A program made the position numbers and the translations under genes. A stretch of DNA of 64,000 nt from Gemmatimonadales bacterium (GTDB taxonomy: Bacteria > Gemmatimonadota > Gemmatimonadetes > Gemmatimonadales > GWC2-71-9): contig JBBQXQ010000002.1 of NCBI GenBank assembly GCA_038209515.1, forward strand, positions 12,364 to 76,363. The letters are read 5' to 3'. The notes under the pieces were generated by a model. That model made no database searches, was not told the origin of the DNA, and saw only the letters and a program-made list of their open reading frames with translations. Shown here piece after piece: positions 54,790-62,830 of the stretch; the stretch's first letter is position 1, and each line of letters opens with the position of its first letter.

Positions 54790-55869
54790 CTAGAGCACGG
54801 GCTCCCTGCCCTGCTCATCACCCAGGAATACCAGGGCGTTGCCCCGATCCACTACCGCGGCGAGAAGCCGATTGACTTCTGGCGCCAGCACCGTTCCCGT
54901 GAGCTCCCGCATGCGTTCAACGGCCAGCTCGGGGGTCAGCTGCTCCCGATACGGTCGAGCGGTGGTGAGCGCGTCGTAGATCTCGGCGGCCCCGATGAGT
55001 CGGGCTCCCCAGGGGATCGCTTCGCCGGCCAGGCCGTCCGGGTACCCCTTGCCATTCCAGCGTTCGTGGTGGCCGCGGACGAAGGTGGCCACGTGGCCGA
55101 GGTGCGGCAGGGGGGCCAGGATCTGGGCGCCAACGATGGGGTGTCGCTTGATCAGATCGAACTCTGCCGGCGTGAGCGCGCCCTCCTTGGACTGGAAACC
55201 TTCCGGAACGCAGATCATCCCGATGTCATGGAGGCGGCCCGCCTGGCGTACCTGTTCCACCTCTTCATCGGTCCGGCCGCTCTCCGCTGCGATCGAGGCG
55301 GCAAGCTGAGCCACCCTCAGGGAGTGGCCGGCGAACCAGGAATCCTGGGCCTCGCTGACCTTGACGAGAGCCTCCAGGGTGGCAATCGCGAGCCCCGAGA
55401 CGGTGACCCGCTCCTGGGCCAGATCGGCGGCGAGTCTCACCACTTCTTCCTTGAGGATCCGGGACGACCCACGTTCCTGGATCAGCTCGGCGCGCCGCCG
55501 GAGCGCCCGCTGCACCGAGGCCTCCAGCTGGGTGAGGTCGAGTGGCTTCGGGAGATAGTCCATGGCGCCGTACTGGAGGTACCGTACGGCGTCGCCGACA
55601 TCGGCGATCGCGCTGAGCACCACCGCGGCGAGATGAGGATCGCGCTTGAAGCACAGTGACAGGAGCTCGCCGCTGCTGGTTGCAAACAGGCGGGAATCAG
55701 CCAGCATGCAGGCGATCTTCTGTCGCGCGAGGATCTCGAGTGCCTCCTCGCCGGAGCCCGCCAACACCACCTCGTATCCATGCTGCCTCAGATGCGCTTC
55801 GATGGAGTCACGAGCCGACGGCTGATCGTCGACGACCAGGATACGATCAGGCACTCGGATCGACAGCAT
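54790..55869 (-). CDS. Response regulator with an HD-GYP phosphodiesterase domain (RpfG-like)
   Basis: Start re-picked at the ATG 55869..55867. Receiver: ILVVDDQPSARD, CMLAD, YLPKP. HD-GYP: HSLRVAQLA, GRLHDIGMICVP, HHERWNGKGYPDGL. Confidence 0.9.
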   Translation of the reverse strand: MLSIRVPDRILVVDDQPSARDSIEAHLRQHGYEVVLAGSGEEALEILARQKIACMLADSRLFATSSGELLSLCFKRDPHLAAVVLSAIADVGDAVRYLQYGAMDYLPKPLDLTQLEASVQRALRRRAELIQERGSSRILKEEVVRLAADLAQERVTVSGLAIATLEALVKVSEAQDSWFAGHSLRVAQLAASIAAESGRTDEEVEQVRQAGRLHDIGMICVPEGFQSKEGALTPAEFDLIKRHPIVGAQILAPLPHLGHVATFVRGHHERWNGKGYPDGLAGEAIPWGARLIGAAEIYDALTTARPYREQLTPELAVERMRELTGTVLAPEVNRLLAAVVDRGNALVFLGDEQGREPVL

Positions 55870-56173
55870 GGACCTCCTTCTGGGAACCTGGTGCCGTGAG
55901 GCGGGGGGAAACGAGAGAAGGATCGGCTCGGGCGGGGATTTCTTGAGTGCCGGCGTGGTGGCGCGCACGGGGGCTGGCCGGCTTGGTGATGACTGGTTAC
56001 TATCCGATCAGCAATGTCGATCGGTGTCACAGTTCGACGCCTCTGCAGATGAGTCGCCCGCGGCCGCGTAAAGATTCGGGTGCCATGGGCCGAAAACTCA
56101 CTGGCAGATCACCACCTGACGGGTTCACCCTATACGCGCCGGCGTCGCGCGCCCGTGTTCGGAGAGGACGAGC

Positions 56174-56350
56174 GTGCCGAAACCCGAAGACTCCCAAGCT
56201 ACGGTCACCCTCGAGCCCGGCCGGCGTCGGCTGATACTCGAGCGGCTGCGCGGCGACTTCTACGGCGAGCCCGTCCCGTCGGAGCGGATCGCCACTGCCG
56301 TGCTGGCGGCGCTGCGCGACCTCGACAAAGGTCCTGCCTTTCCCCACTGA
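56174..56350 (+). CDS. Small ORF (58 aa) missed by the ORF track; hypothetical
   Basis: GTG at 56174, preceded by GGAGAGGA five nt upstream. High GC3. Translation VPKPEDSQATVTLEPGRRRLILERLRGDFYGEPVPSERIATAVLAALRDLDKGPAFPH. It ends 22 nt before the phzF-like start. Confidence 0.4.
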   Translation: MPKPEDSQATVTLEPGRRRLILERLRGDFYGEPVPSERIATAVLAALRDLDKGPAFPH

Positions 56351-56372
56351 CTCGAGCCCGACCCATCCGGCC

Positions 56373-57167
56373 GTGAGCTCGCAGCGCTTCACCCAAGTAG
56401 ACGCCTTCACCGACCGTCCGTTCGCCGGCAACCCAGCAGCGGTGTGCCTGCTCCCTTCCCCGCGCGACCCCGAGTGGATGCAGCATGTGGCCCAGGAGAT
56501 GAACCTGGCCGAGACCGCGTTTCTGGTGCGGCGGGCCGATGGGTTCGACCTTCGCTGGTTCACGCCCGCCCTCGAGGTGGATCTCTGCGGCCATGCGACT
56601 CTCGCGAGCGCGCACGTGCTGTGGGAAGAGGGTCACCTCCGTGCCGCGCAGCCCGCGCGGTTCCACACCCGGAGCGGCGTGCTTGCCGCCACACGCGACG
56701 GCGAGATGATCTGGCTCGACTTTCCCGCGACGCCGAGTCAGCCGGCCGATGCGCCGTCCGATCTTCGGGGTGGAATAGGCTCAGCCATGCTGTACGTGGG
56801 CCGTACCCCATTCGACTACCTGGTGGAGCTCGAATCCGAGTCTCGGGTGCGCTCGCTCGCGCCCGATCTGGCCGCCCTGGCGCGGCTCGGCACCCGCGGG
56901 GTCATCGTCACCGCCCTTTCAACCGATCCAGCCTACGACTTCGTCTCCCGGTTCTTTGCCCCGGGCTCCGGCATAGCGGAGGACCCGGTCACCGGCTCGG
57001 CCCATTGCGCTCTTGGTCCCTTCTGGGCGGACCGCCTGGATAAGAAGGAGCTGGTCGGGTATCAGGCGTCGGCGCGGGGCGGCGCCGTCCGGGTACGCCT
57101 CGAGGGCGACCGGGCACACCTCGGCGGTCAGGCGGTAACGGTGCTGCGGGGGGAGCTCCTGCACTGA
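56373..57167 (+). CDS. PhzF-family isomerase/epimerase-like protein
   Basis: FTQVDAFTDRPFAGNPAAVCLL, ETAFL, CGHATLA and PVTGSAHCAL are PhzF family hallmarks. Confidence 0.9.
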   Translation: MSSQRFTQVDAFTDRPFAGNPAAVCLLPSPRDPEWMQHVAQEMNLAETAFLVRRADGFDLRWFTPALEVDLCGHATLASAHVLWEEGHLRAAQPARFHTRSGVLAATRDGEMIWLDFPATPSQPADAPSDLRGGIGSAMLYVGRTPFDYLVELESESRVRSLAPDLAALARLGTRGVIVTALSTDPAYDFVSRFFAPGSGIAEDPVTGSAHCALGPFWADRLDKKELVGYQASARGGAVRVRLEGDRAHLGGQAVTVLRGELLH

Positions 57168-57177
57168 CCGTACCGGG

Positions 57178-57507
57178 ATGAATCCGTTCGAGGCGTTCGA
57201 GACCCTCGATCTCCGGGTCGGCCGGATTCTTCGGGCCGAGCCGAACGAGCGGGCCCGGAAGCCGTCGTACAAGCTGTGGATCGACTTCGGGCCGTTAGGG
57301 GAGAAGACCTCGAGCGCGCAGCTGGCTGCTCTCTATCGGGTGGACGAGTTGGTGGGGCGGCTGGTGATCGCGGCGGTCAATCTGGGGAGCCGGAACATCG
57401 CCGGCTTCGGATCGGAGGTCCTGGTGCTTGGGGTGCCGAATGCGGCGGGTGATGTGGTCCTGTTGGGGGTCGAGCGGGAAGTGCCGCTGGGTGGGCGGGT
57501 GTTCTGA
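57178..57507 (+). CDS. csaA: tRNA-binding domain protein (CsaA-like)
   Basis: FETLDLRVGRILRAEPNERARKPSYKLWIDFGPLGEKTSSAQL...LVGRLVIAAVNL is the CsaA/EMAP-II-type OB fold pattern. Confidence 0.9.
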   Translation: MNPFEAFETLDLRVGRILRAEPNERARKPSYKLWIDFGPLGEKTSSAQLAALYRVDELVGRLVIAAVNLGSRNIAGFGSEVLVLGVPNAAGDVVLLGVEREVPLGGRVF

Positions 57508-57524
57508 AGTGGGTGAGAGGTTTC

Positions 57525-57932
57525 TCACTGCTTCGTCGAATCCAGGGCCGGCCGGACAACCAGGCCCGTCACCGCGCCATCCTTGGCGAGGCTCCACTCG
57601 ATCAGCATCCGGTGGCTCGACTTATTGAAGGATGCGCTGCGGGTGTAGACCCGGTACGGGTCGGCATTCTCCACTCGCTCGTCCACCTTGCCGCGCTCGG
57701 TGCCGAGCCGGCGCACCGCGCGGCTGGCGAAGCTGGCGAGATCAGCCACGCTGCCGAAGGTCTGCTGCATCTCCGGGGAGAACCGCTCCCAGAGCTTGCT
57801 GTATTCGTTGCCGTACAGCCACGCCGTATACATCCGGCCCTGTTGCAGCGGCTCGCTGTCGGACTGGTCCCGTTGGGGTGCGCAGGCGAGCGCCGCCATC
57901 GCGATCGCCAGTACCCATTTGCGTGCATCCAT
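57525..57932 (-). CDS. Hypothetical lipoprotein
   Basis: Start re-picked at the ATG 57932..57930: MDARKWVLAIAMAALACAPQ (lipobox-like LACA). No catalytic motif recognised. Confidence 0.6.
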   Translation of the reverse strand: MDARKWVLAIAMAALACAPQRDQSDSEPLQQGRMYTAWLYGNEYSKLWERFSPEMQQTFGSVADLASFASRAVRRLGTERGKVDERVENADPYRVYTRSASFNKSSHRMLIEWSLAKDGAVTGLVVRPALDSTKQ

Positions 57933-57981
57933 AACTCTTCCTCGGTATTCTTCGCGCCGGATAGCCACCTTCGGAGAACTC

Positions 57982-58806
57982 ATGCGGGTCTACATCTCGG
58001 TCGATATGGAGGGAGTCGCCGGAGTCGCCCACGAAGATCAGACCGATCCAATCGACCCCCGCCATACCGGAGATTATAACAGGTTTCGCCGTCTGATGAC
58101 GAACGAAGCCAATGCTGCAATCGCTGGCGCACTCGAGGCAGGTGCAAAGGCTGTTCTCGTGAACGACAGTCACTGGCTCATGCGCAATCTTCTTGCCGAG
58201 GAGCTCAACCCGGCGGCGGAATTGTTGAGCGGCGGACCCAAGCGTCTCTCGATGGTCGAAGGCATCGAGGGGGGTTTCGATGCAGCAATGTTCATCGGGT
58301 ATCATGCCCGAGCGGGCACGCGGAATGCCACGATCGATCACACCTACACCAGCCGAGTGTATGAGGCACGACTCAATGGCGAGCCGGTGGGGGAGCTGGC
58401 ATTGAACGCCGCGATGGCCGGAGTGCACGGAGTGGCGGTGGCGCTGGTGAGCGGCGACCAGGCGCTAGCGGCCGAGGCGCGGACGCTGCTGGGCGACGGG
58501 ATCGAGACCGTGGTGGTGAAGGAGGCGGTGGGACGGTTTGCGGCCAGGGGCGTGGCGCCGACGGTCGCGTGCGAGCGGATCCGCTCGGGTGCGGCAGCGG
58601 CGCTCAGGCGGAAGCACGTGCCCTTCACGTTCAAAGCGCCGATCAGGCTAGAGGTGGACTTCGTTGTGAGCCAGATGGCGGACATGGCCGAACTGGTGCC
58701 GGGATCCGGTCGGACAGGCGGGCGGACAGTCAGCTATGCGGGTAAGGATTACCAGGAGGTGTTCCGGGCCTGGCGGGCGATGTACAACCTGGCGTCAGTG
58801 GAGTAG
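57982..58806 (+). CDS. dppA: D-aminopeptidase DppA (peptidase M55)
   Basis: Start re-picked at the ATG at 57982: MRVYISVDMEGVAGVAHEDQ, then VNDSHW, GYHARAG. The track ORF is over-extended to 57688. Confidence 0.9.
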   Translation: MRVYISVDMEGVAGVAHEDQTDPIDPRHTGDYNRFRRLMTNEANAAIAGALEAGAKAVLVNDSHWLMRNLLAEELNPAAELLSGGPKRLSMVEGIEGGFDAAMFIGYHARAGTRNATIDHTYTSRVYEARLNGEPVGELALNAAMAGVHGVAVALVSGDQALAAEARTLLGDGIETVVVKEAVGRFAARGVAPTVACERIRSGAAAALRRKHVPFTFKAPIRLEVDFVVSQMADMAELVPGSGRTGGRTVSYAGKDYQEVFRAWRAMYNLASVE

Positions 58807-58918
58807 GGGCTGGGATCCCCCCTGTCTTGTAGTGGCTCGGGCGGCTAACCAGCGCGGGGAAGCTGGCGGCGCTGACGCGCGGTCTGGTAGGCACCCACGT
58901 CAGGAGAGGAGAAACCTG

Positions 58919-59736
58919 ATGAAGAGTCACAGAGTCGCGGGTGGCGGAGGCACACAGCTCCACCTCGTTGAGACGGGTAACCCAAGGGGTCGCCCAATTG
59001 TATTCATCCATGGCTTTTCACAGTGTCGGCTCGCGTGGAGCCGGCAGCTGAGCTCCGACTTGGCCGATAGCTACCGACTCGTCGCAATGGATTTGCGCGG
59101 CCATGGTCTCTCAGAGAAGCCTCGCGAGGGCTACACTGACTCGAGACTCTGGGCTGATGACGTCAACGCCGCCATACAGGCTCTGAGTCTTGATCATCCG
59201 ATCCTGTGTGGCTGGTCATACGGCCGCTCGTAATGCTCGACTATATCCGGCATTACGGCGAGGATAGCATCAGCGGAGTCCACTTTGTGGGTGCAGTCAC
59301 GAAGCTTGGCAGTGACGAGGCGACGTCGGTCATCACGCCAGAGTTTCTCAGTCTCATACCAGGTTTCTTTGCCACGGATGCGGCAGAGAGCGTACGCAGT
59401 CTTGAATCGTTGCTACGCATGTGCTTCGCCGAAGAGCCCGCCGCCGAGGACCTGTATCTGATGCTGGGGTACAATGTGTCGGTTCCAGCCTATGTTCGTC
59501 AGGCGCTCTTCTCTCGCTCGTTCGACAATGACGATCTTCTACCGAAGGTCCGTAAGCCGGTCCTGATTACCCATGGCTCTGATGACGCGGTTATCAAACC
59601 AGCCGCGGTCGATCAGCACAAGGCTGCCATAGCTCACGCTCAAATTCAGATGATGGCGAACGCAGGGCACGCATGTTTTTGGGATGACGCGGCAACCTTC
59701 AACCGGCGCCTGCGGGCCTTTGCCGAAAGTCTGTAA
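58919..59736 (+). pseudogene. Alpha/beta hydrolase interrupted by a frameshift directly after the nucleophile elbow
   Basis: Frame A (ATG 58919, RBS AGGAGAGGAG) gives ...IVFIHGF...DLRGHGLS...ILCGWSYGRS*, with the stop at 59231..59233. Frame B continues PLVMLDYIRHYGEDS...ITHGSDDAV...ANAGHACFWDD. The Ser is in frame A and the Asp and His are in frame B. A one-nt gap near 59225 would restore GWSYGxLVMLDY. Confidence 0.75.
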
Positions 59737-60366
59737 ATGAATCTCTTGATCGTCGGCGCGACTGGCGGGACCGGTCGGCAACTCGTCACCCAGGCTCTCG
59801 AACGGGGACATCAGGTCACCGCCCTCGTCCGCAGGCCACCCCGCGCGGAGCCGCGCCCCGCGTTCACTCCGGTCGAGGGCGATGTCCTCGACCCCGGCTC
59901 GCTGGATCGGGCCATGCCGGGCCACGAGGCCGTTCTGTCCGCTCTCGGTCACAAGCGCTGGCTGGGACCGAGCCCCATTCTGTCCGAGGGCACACGCAAT
60001 CTGATCGCTGCGATGGTCCGCTATGGCGTCCAACGCTTTGTCTGCGAGACTGCCCTGGGGATCTCGGATGCCTGGTGGCAAATGGGCCTTTACTACACTC
60101 TCTTCGTCCGACCGGTCATCTTGCCATTCTATTTCTGGGACAAGGTTCGGCAGGAGGCGGTGATTCGGGCCTCCAACCTTGCATGGACCATCGTGCGCCC
60201 GGGCATGCTCACGAACGGCCCGCCGCGTGGACGCTACCGCCACGGCCCACACGTCGGCCACTGGCTTTGGACCGTGCGGATCTCGCGGGCGGATGTCGCG
60301 GCGTTCATGCTCGACCAGCTCACGGACCGCCGCTATGTCCGAGCGACCGTCGGGGTCGCTGACTAG
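59737..60366 (+). CDS. NAD(P)H-binding atypical SDR (NmrA/BVR-B-like)
   Basis: MNLLIVGATGGTGRQLVTQALERGHQVTALVR (Rossmann GxxGxxG), and WTIVRPGML. Confidence 0.85.
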   Translation: MNLLIVGATGGTGRQLVTQALERGHQVTALVRRPPRAEPRPAFTPVEGDVLDPGSLDRAMPGHEAVLSALGHKRWLGPSPILSEGTRNLIAAMVRYGVQRFVCETALGISDAWWQMGLYYTLFVRPVILPFYFWDKVRQEAVIRASNLAWTIVRPGMLTNGPPRGRYRHGPHVGHWLWTVRISRADVAAFMLDQLTDRRYVRATVGVAD

Positions 60367-60418
60367 CTGGCGACGATGCTTGCTGCGCGCGGCCCAACAC
60401 TCTGACGCGGTGAACCGG

Positions 60419-60450
60419 TGGGTGCCGAAACACCTGGGTGCCGAAACACC
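60419..60450. repeat. Perfect tandem duplication of a 16-bp unit
   Basis: TGGGTGCCGAAACACC occurs at 60419..60434 and again at 60435..60450. The second copy ends 25 nt upstream of the ATG at 60476. Confidence 0.9.
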
Positions 60451-60475
60451 CGAGGCGATCCTGACCCGAGAAGAT

Positions 60476-60976
60476 ATGCGCGTTGCGTTCGTGATAGCGA
60501 TCGTCGGCATGCTCGCGTCGGCAGGGTCCTCCCAAGCGCAGAGCCCCGCCCGGCGAGCACCCGGCGCGGTGGCCCGGCGATTCATCGACGCTCAGCTGTC
60601 GGATAGCGCCTTCCGGCATCTGCGCTGCGTGTCGGCCGGGGTTGGCGATTGCCCTGGTGGCGTGCTGATCGTACGAGGCTACAGCCTGGGTGACGGCGTG
60701 AGGACTCCTGATACAGCGCGGTATGCCGTCGAATTCCAGGTCGTCGGCATCGTGGGCGTGAGTGAGGGGGGCCCGTTTTTCATGCCGCGCTCAGGGGTCG
60801 ATAGTGCAGAGGTCCTCGTAGTGCGCCGCGCGGGGCATTGGATGGTCCGCCCATCACGAAACCCGAGTGAGGAGCGGGTACGAACGACCGCGGACGTGGC
60901 CCGGGGCTACTTCGACCTGGATGCGAGCGACCGCCGTCTTCTCGATACGGCGGTCGCTATGCCTCGTCGTCCCTGA
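60476..60976 (+). CDS. Hypothetical secreted protein
   Basis: Start re-picked at the ATG at 60476: MRVAFVIAIVGMLASAGSSQAQS (signal peptide). No recognised domain. Confidence 0.6.
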   Translation: MRVAFVIAIVGMLASAGSSQAQSPARRAPGAVARRFIDAQLSDSAFRHLRCVSAGVGDCPGGVLIVRGYSLGDGVRTPDTARYAVEFQVVGIVGVSEGGPFFMPRSGVDSAEVLVVRRAGHWMVRPSRNPSEERVRTTADVARGYFDLDASDRRLLDTAVAMPRRP

Positions 60977-61000
60977 GGCATCGCTCAGCGCCAGGATCCG

Positions 61001-61408
61001 ATGGATTCGCAGCTCTTGGAATCGCTCGACTACCTCTACGTGGCGGCGCCGGACTTCGAAGCGGCCCTCGCGTTCTATACCGGCACGCTCGGTGGTCAGC
61101 TCCGCTGGCGGATTCGGCACGGCAGCACCTGGGTAGCCGCGATTCGGCTCGCCGACGCGAGCCCATTGGTTCTGTTGGCGAATCACCTCGAGCCGGGACA
61201 ATTGCTGTTGATTTACCGAACGCGTAGCCTGGCGGAGGTGCAGCACGCCCTGTCGAATGCCGGCTGGGCGGTCGAGGGATCTGTCTTCGAGCTGCCGCCA
61301 GGCCCATGCGTCATCGTCCGCGATCCCGGGGGGCAGCGAGTCGCCGTGTACGAGCGGGCTCGACCCGAGGTCGAGGCGGCGTTCGAAGGGCGGTTCGATG
61401 ACCTCTGA
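61001..61408 (+). CDS. VOC (glyoxalase/bleomycin-resistance fold) family protein
   Basis: LDYLYVAAPDFEAALAFYTGTLGG...CVIVRDPGGQRVAVYE is the typical VOC beta-alpha-beta-beta-beta module pattern. Confidence 0.75.
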   Translation: MDSQLLESLDYLYVAAPDFEAALAFYTGTLGGQLRWRIRHGSTWVAAIRLADASPLVLLANHLEPGQLLLIYRTRSLAEVQHALSNAGWAVEGSVFELPPGPCVIVRDPGGQRVAVYERARPEVEAAFEGRFDDL

Positions 61409-61739
61409 AGTCAGAATGGCGATTCTTCGGTCGAAGCTGGGTTGGGCGTTGGTCGTGATCTACGTGGTCGCGTTCATGACGGTGTATTCTCACGTCCAGG
61501 CCCACCGCGGGACGTTTCTCTATGACATCGGCCTCGACCTCCTGGCCCTGCCATACATTCTCGTTGTGGGGCGACTGCTCTTGCAACAGCCGACGTTCGC
61601 GGTCCATGCCCATGAGCCGTGGGGGCTCGTGCCGGCAGTCATCTTCTGCAGCGGGGTGGTCTTGCTGGCGGGGGCCGGACTGGAGCGGGCGGTGCGAGCG
61701 CTGTGGGCGGTCGTGCTACGCGGGCGGCGACCTAAGTAA
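61398..61739 (+). CDS. Hypothetical membrane protein
   Basis: The ATG at 61398 overlaps the upstream gene's end. Three hydrophobic segments: WALVVIYVVAFMTVY, LLALPYILVVGRLLL, VPAVIFCSGVVLLAGAG. Confidence 0.55.
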   Translation: MTSEVRMAILRSKLGWALVVIYVVAFMTVYSHVQAHRGTFLYDIGLDLLALPYILVVGRLLLQQPTFAVHAHEPWGLVPAVIFCSGVVLLAGAGLERAVRALWAVVLRGRRPK

Positions 61740-61833
61740 CGAAGACGAAGATGGATTCGTTGGCTCAAGCGCTTTAGCACAGAAGCGGGGAGACATTTCA
61801 TTAAGCGGCAACATTACCAGCAGGGAGGACCCG

Positions 61834-62274
61834 ATGCCTACTCGTGTCCGGCTCTTTTTTTCCATCTTCAGCGTGGTGCTCTTTCTCATTGCGGCCGCTC
61901 CGCCTTACCGAGAACTGTCCCGGCCAAAGGACCTCTGGTGGACACCTCACACGATGCTGGTTCTGCTCGCCCGGAGCCAGGACCGGGTGGAGATCTACCT
62001 CCGCGGGAAGCCGCTCGGGACCCTGATCGAGGCGGGACAGTTGCGGCTCACCGACGAACGCGGCTCGAGCGTTTTGACGCCAAACGAGATCGGCCTCCGC
62101 TTCAATAACTGGGACCGGGTTCGAGCCGAGCACCTCCCGATGTCACTGGTTTCCGCGGCAGCGGGCTGTGCAATGGTACTGCTCTTCATCCTCGTCGCCA
62201 CGGGACGCCTCACCTACCGCGACGACGAGGGAATGCACAACTCGTCAGGCCGCCCCCCGAGATCGCGAGGCTAG
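61834..62274 (+). CDS. Hypothetical membrane protein
   Basis: The ATG at 61834 is preceded by AGGGAGGA. N-terminal TM segment LFFSIFSVVLFLIAAAP and C-terminal TM segment VSAAAGCAMVLLFILVATG. Confidence 0.55.
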   Translation: MPTRVRLFFSIFSVVLFLIAAAPPYRELSRPKDLWWTPHTMLVLLARSQDRVEIYLRGKPLGTLIEAGQLRLTDERGSSVLTPNEIGLRFNNWDRVRAEHLPMSLVSAAAGCAMVLLFILVATGRLTYRDDEGMHNSSGRPPRSRG

Positions 62275-62277
62275 AGC

Positions 62278-62487
62278 GTGCAGGAGTGGATCGCCGACCC
62301 GGTCACCTTCGGGCGTCGCTACTTGGGGCCTTTGTCCGAACTGCTCCTCGGCTGGGTCCTGCTCGTCTACGGCCTGCTGAGGCTGCTGGGACGAGTGCAG
62401 GCGGAGGAGCGGGGGCGCTACGTCGGCGGGGGCCTCGCGTTAGCCGTCGGGAGCCTCCTTCTGGGCCACGCGTGTAGCCGACTGTGA
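62278..62487 (+). CDS. Possible small membrane protein
   Basis: 69 aa, with a GTG start 4 nt after the previous stop. Two hydrophobic stretches, LLLGWVLLVYGLL and LALAVGSLLLG. No homology recognised. Confidence 0.35.
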   Translation: MQEWIADPVTFGRRYLGPLSELLLGWVLLVYGLLRLLGRVQAEERGRYVGGGLALAVGSLLLGHACSRL

Positions 62488-62491
62488 GCGC

Positions 62492-62830
62492 TCACCGCCC
62501 CCATCCTCGGTCGTATGCCTGCTTCAAGCGTTTTATGTCGATCTTGTCCATCTGAAGCATTGTCTTCATGACCCTTTGTGATCTCTCGGCATCTTTGTCT
62601 TGCAACAACTTGACCAAAACAGAGGGAACGATTTGCCAGGATAGGCCATATTTGTCTTTTAGCCAGCCACAGCGTCCTTCTTCCCCCCCTTCCGACAACT
62701 TCTCCCACAGCTCATCCACTTCTTTCTGAGTTTCACAGTTCACGACGAACGAGATGGCTTCGGTGAACTTGAATTGCGGGCTACCGTTCAGGGCTACGAA
62801 TTCTTGCCCGTCGAGGGTGAACGTCGTACT
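62492..62830 (-). pseudogene. 5'-truncated remnant of a PhnB-like VOC gene (3-demethylubiquinone-9 3-methyltransferase-domain family)
   Basis: Reading the minus strand in the frame of the track ORF gives (STT)[66 protein letters not shown].... This is the C-terminal two-thirds of the family. The ~50 aa N-terminal part (MQKITPFLWF...) is absent in all frames. The in-frame TGA at 62831..62833 is the stop of the upstream membrane-protein gene. GC is about 45%. Confidence 0.75.
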
